Positions 52,585-61,999 of a stretch of 64,000 bases of DNA are shown piece by piece. The translations under genes and the position numbers were made by a program. Under the pieces are notes generated by a model. The model did no database searches and had not been told where the DNA came from. It saw nothing but the letters and a program-made list of their open reading frames with translations. The number at the start of each line of letters is the position of its first letter. Position 1 is the stretch's first letter. Source of the stretch: Bdellovibrio sp. (GTDB lineage Bacteria; Bdellovibrionota; Bdellovibrionia; Bdellovibrionales; Bdellovibrionaceae); NCBI GenBank assembly GCA_036676395.1, contig JAKFCY010000003.1:288001-352000 (forward strand), written 5' to 3'.

Positions 52585-55005
52585 ATGACATTTGACAATC
52601 AACCAGTTGAAGTACCGCAAACTCTACCGATGTTACCAGTAAGAGATATCGTTGTATTCCCATACATGATCATCCCTTTATTTGTTGGCAGAGAATCTTC
52701 TATCAGATCAGTTGAAGATGCTTTAGCTAAAAATCGCCTTATCTTTTTAGCATCGCAAAAAGATATCGCTGAAGAAAATCCTACGCCAGACACAATCTAC
52801 AAAGTTGGTACTGTCGCAAAAATTATGCGCATGAGAAAACTTTCTGATGGCCGTGTAAAAATCCTGATTCAAGGTGAAGCGAAAGCGCAAATCACTTCTT
52901 TCACAAAAACAACTGGCAGCTATGAAGTAGCTATCGAAAAAATCGAAGACAAAGGCACGACTTCAACTCCTGCTGAAATCGAAGCTTTAATTCGCACAGC
53001 GAAAGAGTCGATCGAAAAAATCATCGCTCTTGGTAAAGCTTTATCTCCTGATATCTTATTAGTATTAGATGATGTGACTGATCCAGGTCGTATCGCAGAT
53101 CTTATCGCAAGCAACTTGGGCGTAAAAGTTCAAGAAGCGCAAAAAGTTCTAGAAACAGTAGACGCAAAAGAACGCCTCTCCCTAGTGTGCACAATCTTAG
53201 CTGCTGAATTAGAAGTTTTACAGGCGCAAGCAAAATTACGCGGTAACTCTCGTGATGACCAACACAAAAATCAAAGAGAAAACTTTTTACGCGATCAAAT
53301 GAAAGCTATAAAATCTGAACTTGGTGAAGCTGGTCAGCAAGATTCAAAAGCTGAAGAGATGGATGAACTACGCGCTAAACTTATGGCGTGCGGAATGCCA
53401 GAACCAGTTCAATCTGAAGCTTTAAAACAATTAACCCGTTTAGAGCGAATGCATCCGGATGCTTCTGAAGCAACTATGGTTCGTACATACTTAGACTGGA
53501 TGGTTGATCTTCCGTGGAGCAAACAAACTGAAGATATCCATGATTTAAAACATGCAATGCAAGTTTTAGATGATGATCACTATGAATTACAAAAAGCTAA
53601 AGACCGTGTAATGGAATTTTTAGCTGTAAGAAAGTTAAAAACGACAATGAAGGGTCCAATCCTTTGTTTCTCTGGTCCTCCGGGCGTAGGTAAAACTTCG
53701 CTAGGTCGCTCAATTGCAAAAGCAATGGGTCGTGAATACTTCCGTATCGCACTTGGCGGCGTAAAAGACGAAGCTGAGATTCGTGGTCACAGAAGAACAT
53801 ACGTAGGAGCAATGCCAGGTAAAATCGTGCAAGCTTTACGTCAATGTAAAACTAAAAATCCGGTTATCGTGTTAGATGAGATCGATAAAATGGCTTCAGA
53901 TTTCAGAGGTGATCCAGCTTCTGCAATGTTAGAGGTGTTAGATCCAGAACAAAACACAACTTTCCGTGATAACTATTTAAATGTAGATTTCGATTTATCG
54001 AAAGTTCTATTCATCGCAACAGCAAACGTGGTTGAAAACATTCCGCCAGCTTTACGCGATCGTATGGAAATGATCTACATCCCTGGTTACACTGAAAATG
54101 ATAAATTATTTATTACTAAAAAACATTTGATTAGCAGACAAATGGAAGCCAACGGAGTTACATCAGATAATATTAAATTTACTGATGAAGGTATCAAATT
54201 CTTAATCGCAGGATACACACGCGAAGCCGGATTACGTAACCTTGAAAGAGAAGTTGGTTCTGTTTGCCGCAAGGTTGCTAAAAAAGTTGTGATGAATGAA
54301 TCAAACTTTGTTGAAGTGAATGAAGTAACAGTACCAGAATTACTTGGTCCTCCACGTTTCTTACGTGATGAAAGAATGCTTGAGCCATCTGTTGGTGTTG
54401 TTCAAGGTCTTGCTTGGACTCAAGCTGGTGGTGAAGTACTTTTAATCGAAGCACTTAAAATGAAAGGTAAAGGCAGTTTAATGCTTACCGGACAATTAGG
54501 TGATGTGATGAAAGAGTCTGCTCACGCAGCGATGTCTTATGCTCGTGCTCATATGGACGAACTAGGTATCGATCAAGAAATGTTTGAAAAATTTGATATT
54601 CACGTGCATTTACCTGCAGGTGCAATTCCGAAAGATGGTCCTTCTGCCGGTATCACGTTAACTACAGCCTTGGTCAGCTTGTTAACTGGAACACCAATCA
54701 GAAATGACATCGCTATGACTGGCGAAGTGACTTTACAAGGTCGCGTCTTACCTGTCGGCGGTATCCGTGAAAAGTGCTTAGCGGCACTTAACTTAGGAAT
54801 CACTAACGTGATCATCCCTATGGCTAACGGAAAAGATCTTGAAGACATCCCACAAATTTTCAAAGAGAAGATGAATTTCATCTTAGCAGAAAATTTAGAT
54901 GAAGTTTTTGCAGTAGCTTTCGAGAAATCAGAGCGCTTCTCAAAAACTAAAACCGGAGCCAACAAATCTCCGAAAAAAGGCAAAGCTACATCAGCGGCGG
55001 CTTAG
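52585..55005 (+). CDS. lon: ATP-dependent Lon protease
   Basis: LPVRDIVVFP, GPPGVGKTS, LDEIDK, PKDGPSAG. Confidence 0.98.
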   Translation: MTFDNQPVEVPQTLPMLPVRDIVVFPYMIIPLFVGRESSIRSVEDALAKNRLIFLASQKDIAEENPTPDTIYKVGTVAKIMRMRKLSDGRVKILIQGEAKAQITSFTKTTGSYEVAIEKIEDKGTTSTPAEIEALIRTAKESIEKIIALGKALSPDILLVLDDVTDPGRIADLIASNLGVKVQEAQKVLETVDAKERLSLVCTILAAELEVLQAQAKLRGNSRDDQHKNQRENFLRDQMKAIKSELGEAGQQDSKAEEMDELRAKLMACGMPEPVQSEALKQLTRLERMHPDASEATMVRTYLDWMVDLPWSKQTEDIHDLKHAMQVLDDDHYELQKAKDRVMEFLAVRKLKTTMKGPILCFSGPPGVGKTSLGRSIAKAMGREYFRIALGGVKDEAEIRGHRRTYVGAMPGKIVQALRQCKTKNPVIVLDEIDKMASDFRGDPASAMLEVLDPEQNTTFRDNYLNVDFDLSKVLFIATANVVENIPPALRDRMEMIYIPGYTENDKLFITKKHLISRQMEANGVTSDNIKFTDEGIKFLIAGYTREAGLRNLEREVGSVCRKVAKKVVMNESNFVEVNEVTVPELLGPPRFLRDERMLEPSVGVVQGLAWTQAGGEVLLIEALKMKGKGSLMLTGQLGDVMKESAHAAMSYARAHMDELGIDQEMFEKFDIHVHLPAGAIPKDGPSAGITLTTALVSLLTGTPIRNDIAMTGEVTLQGRVLPVGGIREKCLAALNLGITNVIIPMANGKDLEDIPQIFKEKMNFILAENLDEVFAVAFEKSERFSKTKTGANKSPKKGKATSAAA

Positions 55006-55030
55006 TTTATAAAATTATAATGTTCAAACG

Positions 55031-55063
55031 AAAAGGCTCAGGTTATTACCCTGGGCTTTTTTT
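55031..55063. terminator. Intrinsic terminator after lon (possibly bidirectional)
   Basis: AAAAGGCTCAGG-ttattac-CCTGGGCTTTTTTT. Confidence 0.8.
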
Positions 55064-55079
55064 CTTTTACGCAAATTTG

Positions 55080-55328
55080 TTACCCTTTTTTAGTTTCCCT
55101 AATCAAGTCACGAATTAAAACCTTCTTACCTTTAAGCTTCGTCAGCCCGTCCGCAATTTGCTCTAGCGCCAGCAATGTTGGGTTCGCCCCTTCTTTTTTA
55201 TAAGCATAAAGCTGTGTGTACACGACACCAATTTGATTGGCCAAATCAATAATCGAATGCTCTCCTAAAAGCTCTTCAAATCTTAACTGTGTTTTGGGTT
55301 TTTTATCTGTGCTCAATTTTGACTTCAC
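55080..55328 (-). CDS. XRE/Cro-like HTH transcriptional regulator
   Basis: SIIDLANQIGV...YKKEGANPTLLALEQIADGL pattern; 82 aa. Confidence 0.8.
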   Translation of the reverse strand: MKSKLSTDKKPKTQLRFEELLGEHSIIDLANQIGVVYTQLYAYKKEGANPTLLALEQIADGLTKLKGKKVLIRDLIRETKKG

Positions 55329-55338
55329 GCTTAATCTG

Positions 55339-55388
55339 AATATATGTTTAAAATTATATTTGTTATACTATAACTTTAAACATATATT
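55339..55388. promoter_or_regulatory. Long inverted repeat, probable operator in the divergent promoter region
   Basis: AATATATGTTTAAAATTATA-N10-TATAACTTTAAACATATATT, 19/20 complementary. Confidence 0.7.
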
Positions 55389-55409
55389 ATTGCAAGCCGA
55401 GGAAAAAGC

Positions 55410-55832
55410 ATGAATAACAATGAAAAGTTTTCTAAATCAAAAGATATGATTCTGAGCATTAAGCCTCCTTATGCAAACTTAATTGTTGATGGCGTGAAGA
55501 CGATTGAATTAAGACGTCGCTTTCCAGAAAACCTTCCTCAAGGCACTAAAATATATGTTTATTCAACATCTCCCCAACAGGTCGTGATTGGAGAATGTGA
55601 GATTAAAGAAATCATTAAGAGGCCACTTGCTACATTGTGGTCAGCCGCCGCTATCGAGGCGATGATTTCTAAAAAAGATTTTGACGACTATTTCACTGGC
55701 TTAGAAGAGGGATATGGGGTCCGCGTCTGGAAATTTAAACGGTACGAAAAGCCTAAAAGCTTAACATCTTACTTAGGAAGTAAGGCAACTGCTCCACAGT
55801 CCTATAGATACGTACCTGAGATTGAGGCGTAA
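55410..55832 (+). CDS. Stand-alone ASCH-domain protein
   Basis: ILSIKPPYANLIVDGVKTIELRRR (GxKxxExR), YVYSTSP...IGE, APQSYRY. Confidence 0.88.
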   Translation: MNNNEKFSKSKDMILSIKPPYANLIVDGVKTIELRRRFPENLPQGTKIYVYSTSPQQVVIGECEIKEIIKRPLATLWSAAAIEAMISKKDFDDYFTGLEEGYGVRVWKFKRYEKPKSLTSYLGSKATAPQSYRYVPEIEA

Positions 55833-55839
55833 AATATAA

Positions 55840-57651
55840 ATGAATATTAGCCTGTTGATAGATACGAATGTCGCTATCCAGCTCGAAGAAGCAGGTACCG
55901 ACGGCGAAATTAAGGGATCATTTGCCCTATTACATTCCCAGGTGCTTAAGCATAAAATATCAGTACTTATCCATCCTATATCTGTAGAGGATGTAAAAAA
56001 TGATAAAAATGAGGCTCGTAAAAAAACTACATTATCACGCCTCAATAAGTATCCTTTTTTGCAGTCGCCTCCGACGCCAGTAGGAAACCAGTTAGAGGAA
56101 CTATTTGGCGGTCTTTCAAAGACAAATGATGTTGTAGATGCGAATATTCTCTTTGCTGTCTATAAAAACTGTGTCACTTACCTAGTTACAGAAGATCTTG
56201 GTCTACACAAAAGAGCTAAAAATTCGGGATTGGATGACCGTGTTCTTTCTGTGGCCGAAGCTTTAGATTGTATTAATCGGACATACGAACCATCAGCGGT
56301 GCACTTCCCAGCCATAAGAGAAGAATATACATATAATATCGACATAAATGATCCAATTTTTGATTCTCTAAAAGAAGATTATGACGAATTTGTTCAATGG
56401 TATCAAAAAAAGTGTTGTGAAAAGCAAAGAAAGGCTTGGATTATCGAAGCAGATAATCGTCTTGCGGGCATTTGTATTTATAAGCATGACGATACACAGG
56501 AACACAGTGGTATTGATCTACCATCAATGAAACTAGCTACGTTTAAAGTTTCCGATGATTTCAAAGGTGCTAAATATGGTGAGCTTCTTTTGAAAATGGC
56601 GTTAGGTTATGCCTATAAAAATGGAATAAAAACAATTTGGGTTACTGCGCGGCCTAAGCAAATAGTATTAATTCAGTTTCTTAAAGATTTTGGTTTTAGT
56701 GCGCATTCTGAACTCGCCGGCGAGGATATGATTTTTTATAAGCAGTTGTTCGTGCCGAACGGAACTCAGTCAATGCCACCTTTAGAATTTCACATTAAAT
56801 TTAGCCCCCACTACCTTGATCATAAGCATATCAATAAGTACGCAATCCCGATTAAACCAAAATATCATGATTTATTGTTTCCGGAAATATCTCCGCAAAT
56901 ATCCTTGGGCACGGGTGTTCCCGGCAATACGATTAAAAAAGTTTATATTTCTCAGTCAAAAATTAATGAATTAGCAATTGGATCATTGATTTATTTCTAC
57001 CGTTCATCGCCAGAACAATATTTAACCACAATCGCTGTTGTTGAACGATGCAGAAGAATGTCGGATTTAACTGCTATTGCAAGTGCAATTGGGAAAAGAT
57101 CAGTTTATTCCTCAAAAGAAATCGAAGAGATGGTTGCAGAAAACAAAGAAATACTTATTATAAATTTTAGACTAATTGGGCATTTTAGAAAATTTATTAC
57201 ATTAAAAGAATTGGTTTCTTCTAATATTTTTAGTGCTGCACCTCAGTCTATTACTGGTCTATCTGAAGATGTCTATACTAAACTTAAAGATTTTTCTCCA
57301 GTCGCACGCCATCCATTCGATATTGAAATGAAACTTAGCCCGGAGCCATTTGCAGTAACTATTTCTGGGCAAAAAACTTTAGAAGTAAGAATACATGATG
57401 AGCGCCGAAAATATTTAAAGCCCGGCCAAATAATTCGTTTTGTAAATAGCGAAAACGGTAAAGAGGAACTGTTTGCAACAGTTATAAGTATTCGACTCTA
57501 TTCAAGTTTAGATCAGTTAGTACAACAAGAAGATATCAGAAAAACCGGTGGATTATATACTGATCCAAACGATTGGTTAGAAAAACTTAAAAAATATTAT
57601 CCTGACGGTGGCGAGGGTATGGCAATTGAAATTACCAAGCTAAATTTCTGA
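55840..57651 (+). CDS. Multidomain PIN - GNAT acetyltransferase - PUA/ASCH-like - ASCH protein
   Basis: LIDTNV, NDVVDA, LVTEDLGL (PIN); KLATFKVSDDFKGAKYGELLL...FGF (GNAT); IPIKPKYH...IYFYRS...APQS (PUA/ASCH-like); SGQKTLEVR...KPGQIIRF (ASCH). Confidence 0.82.
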   Translation: MNISLLIDTNVAIQLEEAGTDGEIKGSFALLHSQVLKHKISVLIHPISVEDVKNDKNEARKKTTLSRLNKYPFLQSPPTPVGNQLEELFGGLSKTNDVVDANILFAVYKNCVTYLVTEDLGLHKRAKNSGLDDRVLSVAEALDCINRTYEPSAVHFPAIREEYTYNIDINDPIFDSLKEDYDEFVQWYQKKCCEKQRKAWIIEADNRLAGICIYKHDDTQEHSGIDLPSMKLATFKVSDDFKGAKYGELLLKMALGYAYKNGIKTIWVTARPKQIVLIQFLKDFGFSAHSELAGEDMIFYKQLFVPNGTQSMPPLEFHIKFSPHYLDHKHINKYAIPIKPKYHDLLFPEISPQISLGTGVPGNTIKKVYISQSKINELAIGSLIYFYRSSPEQYLTTIAVVERCRRMSDLTAIASAIGKRSVYSSKEIEEMVAENKEILIINFRLIGHFRKFITLKELVSSNIFSAAPQSITGLSEDVYTKLKDFSPVARHPFDIEMKLSPEPFAVTISGQKTLEVRIHDERRKYLKPGQIIRFVNSENGKEELFATVISIRLYSSLDQLVQQEDIRKTGGLYTDPNDWLEKLKKYYPDGGEGMAIEITKLNF

Positions 57652-57879
57652 TAGCATCGATTATCTAAATCAAAACGGAACTTATGCTGCCTTTTAATTT
57701 ATAAATGTTGTTAATTCGAGTAAACAACTCAGCGTAAAAACATTGAGCTTTTTACAAGGTGTGGTTCCAGTGTAAAACCACTTATCATTTCGATTTCAAT
57801 TAGTAGTTAGTGCGTTTTCAATTACAAAAATTATTTTTAAAAATTATGGTTTTTCGAATGCATCGTTTATAGATGCGCC

Positions 57880-59085
57880 ATGCGCTCAATATCAGCACTC
57901 TTAATTTTTTTATCTCTTCCCGCTTTCGCTCAATCAGACTTTTCTTTTAAACAAAGATATGTTGGTGAATTTCAATTTATTCAAGAAGATAAATTTAAGA
58001 CGGTAAATAATCTTACGCCCTACCAGCGTAAATCTTTTGATCTAAAAGCCATCGAAGCTGAATACGAAATTCAGTTAAATCCTAATAATAAATTCGAATT
58101 CGAAGTTGAATATGAACATGGCGGTGTGGGCTCTGCTGTTGAGTTTGATAATTTCGAAGAATTCGGTGAGTTCGAAACCGAAGTTGAAAAAGGCGGAGAA
58201 GTTGTTGTCTCTGAAGCTTTTCTCTTAAAAAAGCTTTCACCAAAAACAGAATTATATATAGGTAAGTCTCCAGTAGGGATCACGCTGAATAATGCGATGA
58301 ATTCTCCGCTTATGTATTCTTCGAATGAGGCTTCGCAGTTAGAAGCGCGCATTGTTCCGCAAGAGTGGAACGAAATGGGCCTGCAAACTAAAACACGTCT
58401 TGGCGACTGGAGTATCTACGCCGGTATCGTGAGCGGTTTAAATTCTGAATTTTTTCGTAAGTACAATTGGGTTGGCGGCGGATACCAAAAACAATTCGAA
58501 AATATCAACGCCGATCAATTAGCCTACACGGCTGGTCTTGAATGGGGTGATGTGATTTGGGGCCGCGGGATCAGCGTTCATTATTATGAAGGTGATACAC
58601 AAAAAAACCGTTACAAACTAGATAAACTGACTGTTCCAGCTACTGTGCGCATCTACACCGCGATGGCTCAGTGGAAATTTTTTGATCGCGTAGGAATCGT
58701 TACTGAGCATATCCGAGGCACGTTGCAAAACTCTGAATCTGTTGCTTTAGCTAATGCTACTTTAAGTGGTGTGGCTAAACCAAAAAGCTTTGCCGCGCTT
58801 GGATCACAAGCAGCACTTCAGATGTATCAATTAAATGTAGATGTAACAGACACGTTAAATATTTTTAGTCAGTACGAACACGTAAATACTTTTATGCAGG
58901 TTGAAGGAACGATCGCAAAAGACCCCCGTTATGATGTGATTCAGAATGGTTATGGTTTCGCTTACAAGCTGGATGAAATCACGCATATCAAAGCTCATTA
59001 TTATAAAGAAAAAACAAAATTAGAAGCGCTTCCGGAAACTACGCACTTTGTGCTGAGCTTTAATCTGGATACCGCTGAATTTTAA
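57880..59085 (+). CDS. Outer-membrane porin-like protein of the iron-uptake operon
   Basis: Signal peptide ending AFA-Q, acidic EVEYEHGG...EKGGEV metal-binding-like motif, terminal Phe. Confidence 0.7.
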   Translation: MRSISALLIFLSLPAFAQSDFSFKQRYVGEFQFIQEDKFKTVNNLTPYQRKSFDLKAIEAEYEIQLNPNNKFEFEVEYEHGGVGSAVEFDNFEEFGEFETEVEKGGEVVVSEAFLLKKLSPKTELYIGKSPVGITLNNAMNSPLMYSSNEASQLEARIVPQEWNEMGLQTKTRLGDWSIYAGIVSGLNSEFFRKYNWVGGGYQKQFENINADQLAYTAGLEWGDVIWGRGISVHYYEGDTQKNRYKLDKLTVPATVRIYTAMAQWKFFDRVGIVTEHIRGTLQNSESVALANATLSGVAKPKSFAALGSQAALQMYQLNVDVTDTLNIFSQYEHVNTFMQVEGTIAKDPRYDVIQNGYGFAYKLDEITHIKAHYYKEKTKLEALPETTHFVLSFNLDTAEF

Positions 59086-59098
59086 CTAAGGAGAAGAA

Positions 59099-60184
59099 AT
59101 GAAAATCATGAACCTAGTGCTTAGCACTCTATTATTCGGTGCTGTTGCATCAGCCGGAACACTTGAAAAACAAGTGATCGAAAACGTTTCTAAAAACGTT
59201 ATTCTGCAAACTTATAAAGATCTTTCTGATCGTTCAGCAGACTTATTAACTGCTGTTAAACAATTAGAAGGCAACCGCACGCAAGCAAATTTATTAAACG
59301 CACAAAATGCTTGGGTTGCTGCTCGTGCCCCATGGGAAGCTTCTGAATCTTTTTTATACGGCCCAGTTGATTCTTTAGGTATTGATCCAATGATCGACAC
59401 TTGGCCTTTAAGCCGCATCGATTTAGATTCTGTTTTACATTCTGGTAATACAATCAATTCTGATTTCGTTAGAAACTTGGGTGTAAACTTACAGGGTTTT
59501 CACACATTAGAATATTTATTATTCGGTGATGGCATTCATACTAACACAAAAGAAGTTTCAAGCTTTACGCAAGCGCAATTTGATTACTTAATCGCTACTG
59601 CGGTTTTACAAGCTGAATACACTCATAAATTACATTACGCTTGGACTACTCAAGCTGATCCAGATGACGCTTCTCAACCAGGCTTTATCGATGTCATCTC
59701 TAAACCAGGCTTCGACAATCCAATTTATTCTTCTGAACAAGCTGTTATGTTTGAATTCGTCAATGGTATCTTAGGCATTTTGGACGAAGTGGCTAACGGT
59801 AAAATGTCTGATCCATTGGGCGGCGATATCGCGCATGCTAATGTTGAGTTAGTTGAATCTCCGTACTCTTGGAATTCATTATTAGATTTCGAAGACAACA
59901 TCCGCAGCGTTTACAACGTTTACACAGGCTCTTACGGCGGCAGCAAAAAAGGCCCTGGTCTTAAGGAAGTTATTGCGCAAACTAACCCTGAATTAGCAAA
60001 TCGTGTTGAAGCAAGAATTCTACAAGCTATGGGTAAAATCAAAGCTATTGCTGGCGACAACAACACACCTTTCAATAAAGCAATTTTAGATGCTCAGGGC
60101 CGTGTTTTAACAACTGAGGCGATCAATGACTTAAATGGTTTATTCCAATTAGTTGAGAGCGAAGTATTACCAATTTTTCAATAA
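59099..60184 (+). CDS. Imelysin/IrpA-family (M75) iron-regulated protein
   Basis: AWVAARAPWE.SE, IDTWP, GFHTLEYLLF, VESPYS. Confidence 0.9.
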   Translation: MKIMNLVLSTLLFGAVASAGTLEKQVIENVSKNVILQTYKDLSDRSADLLTAVKQLEGNRTQANLLNAQNAWVAARAPWEASESFLYGPVDSLGIDPMIDTWPLSRIDLDSVLHSGNTINSDFVRNLGVNLQGFHTLEYLLFGDGIHTNTKEVSSFTQAQFDYLIATAVLQAEYTHKLHYAWTTQADPDDASQPGFIDVISKPGFDNPIYSSEQAVMFEFVNGILGILDEVANGKMSDPLGGDIAHANVELVESPYSWNSLLDFEDNIRSVYNVYTGSYGGSKKGPGLKEVIAQTNPELANRVEARILQAMGKIKAIAGDNNTPFNKAILDAQGRVLTTEAINDLNGLFQLVESEVLPIFQ

Positions 60185-60195
60185 TCAGGATTTAT

Positions 60196-61680
60196 ATGAA
60201 GATTTCTTTGTTCTTAACATTTATTTTCTTAAGTTTAACTTCTCAAGCTGAAATAATTTTTGATGATAGCTTTGTTAGGCAAAGAAATCTGGGTGGTGAT
60301 GGTACATATGTTGCCAACTTCGGCACTACTGTTTCATTTAAACAACCGGTGACAACCATGCCGCCAGAATTACAGGAAAAACACATTGTGGGCGATGGCT
60401 TATTCGAAAAAAACTTTTCTGATGATCCTACCCGTTCAGATTATGGATTAGGTCCTGCTTACAATAATATTAGCTGCGCCAGCTGTCATATCCGTGACGG
60501 CCGCGGTTCTTTGCCTGTTATCTCTGCCAATAATGCGTGGACAAAGCTTGGCCAAAACGAAGCTATTTTTCTTCGTATTAGTGTTGAGTCTTACGTTTCT
60601 AAAAATCTGCACGGCGAACCGACTGCTGTTCCAGGTTACTCAACCCAATTATTTCACCTTGGCAGTTATCATTTACGCCAAAATTCACCAAACACAGGCC
60701 AAGCCGAAGTTTGGATGAAATATGAATACTCAACTTTTACTTATCCCGATGGACAAGTTGTTAAAATTAAAAAACCTATTTTTCAAATTAGAAACCCTTA
60801 CGATTTATCAACTGATGAATCAGGAAATTCAACAAGCCGTCTGTTTCAAGATGATGTTCGCACAAGCCCGCGCATGACTCCGCCCATGATCGGTTTAGGT
60901 TTATTAGAAGCTATCGAACAAGATGATATTATCGCCTTAGCTAATCGCGATTTATCAGCCTGGGGTGTGCATGGGCGACCAAACTGGGTTTACGATATTG
61001 AAAAACAAAAAAATAATTTTGTCGATGTTTATAGCCTAGGGCGTTTCGGCTTAAAGGCAAATACACCTTCGGTGTTACACCAAGCCCTGGGGGCTTTTCG
61101 CGGTGACATGGGCGTGACAAATTCATTTTTTCCTGATGAAAGTATCGCCGGAACACCATTGATCGAAAAAATTCTTCCGTCGTTAAAAAAAGAAGTAAAT
61201 ATCAATGATGAAGATGCTCTAGACACTGTATTTTATTCGCAAACTTTAGCCGTGCCTTCCCGTCGCAAAGAATACTTAGAAGCTGACATCGTTGCCGGCG
61301 GTAAGAATTTCAAAAATGTTGGCTGTACAAATTGCCATCAACCTGAATTCATAACTGGCAAACATTCTATCGAAGCTTTAAGTTTTCAAAGAATTGCTCC
61401 ATACACAGATTTATTATTGCACGACATGGGCGAAGGCTTAGCTGATAACCGTCGCGATTTCCAGGCCTCTGGCCGCGATTGGAAAACTCGCGCACTATGG
61501 GGAATCGGCTTAACTAAAACAATCAATGCCCGCGGTGGCTTTTTACATGATGGCCGCGCAGCTACTATCGAAGAAGCCATTCTATGGCATGGCGGCGAAG
61601 CACAAATCAGTCGTGATAAATTCGCAAGTCTGCCAGCTAATGAGCGTGCTCAAGTTATTAAATTTATCAACTCACTTTAG
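60196..61680 (+). CDS. Di-heme oxidoreductase (DHOR family)
   Basis: GLGP..N..SCASCH, GLGLLEA, CTNCH, YTDLLLHDMG, LHDGRA, AILWHGGE. Confidence 0.92.
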   Translation: MKISLFLTFIFLSLTSQAEIIFDDSFVRQRNLGGDGTYVANFGTTVSFKQPVTTMPPELQEKHIVGDGLFEKNFSDDPTRSDYGLGPAYNNISCASCHIRDGRGSLPVISANNAWTKLGQNEAIFLRISVESYVSKNLHGEPTAVPGYSTQLFHLGSYHLRQNSPNTGQAEVWMKYEYSTFTYPDGQVVKIKKPIFQIRNPYDLSTDESGNSTSRLFQDDVRTSPRMTPPMIGLGLLEAIEQDDIIALANRDLSAWGVHGRPNWVYDIEKQKNNFVDVYSLGRFGLKANTPSVLHQALGAFRGDMGVTNSFFPDESIAGTPLIEKILPSLKKEVNINDEDALDTVFYSQTLAVPSRRKEYLEADIVAGGKNFKNVGCTNCHQPEFITGKHSIEALSFQRIAPYTDLLLHDMGEGLADNRRDFQASGRDWKTRALWGIGLTKTINARGGFLHDGRAATIEEAILWHGGEAQISRDKFASLPANERAQVIKFINSL

Positions 61681-61690
61681 AGGTTAGAAA

Positions 61691-61999
61691 ATGTTAAGCG
61701 TTTTATTATTGTTTTCAAATTTAGCTTTCGCAGATGATTTAGTTTTTAAGATCGAACTTAAAAACCGCACGATGGTGCCAAATGAAATCGTTGTGGCGCC
61801 AAACACTCCTTTTACCATCGAAGTTGTTAATACAGATAACACAGCTGAAGAATTTGAAAGTAACAGTTTAAAAATTGAAAAAATTATTCCACCAAAACGT
61901 TCGGCAAAATTTAAAGTTAAACCACTAGCCGCCGGCGAATACGAAATCTTTGGCGAATTTCATATGGATACTTGCCAAGGTAAGGTCATAGTAAAATGA
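61691..61999 (+). CDS. Cupredoxin-domain protein (FtrB/EfeO N-terminal type)
   Basis: EEFES, GEYEIFGEFH motif; signal peptide. Confidence 0.85.
   Translation: MLSVLLLFSNLAFADDLVFKIELKNRTMVPNEIVVAPNTPFTIEVVNTDNTAEEFESNSLKIEKIIPPKRSAKFKVKPLAAGEYEIFGEFHMDTCQGKVIVK

Noticed and set aside
55064..57780. Mobile-element boundaries around the ASCH/PIN-GNAT cassette
   Set aside because: No integrase, transposase, tRNA or convincing flanking direct or terminal repeats seen by eye, so it is not called a mobile element
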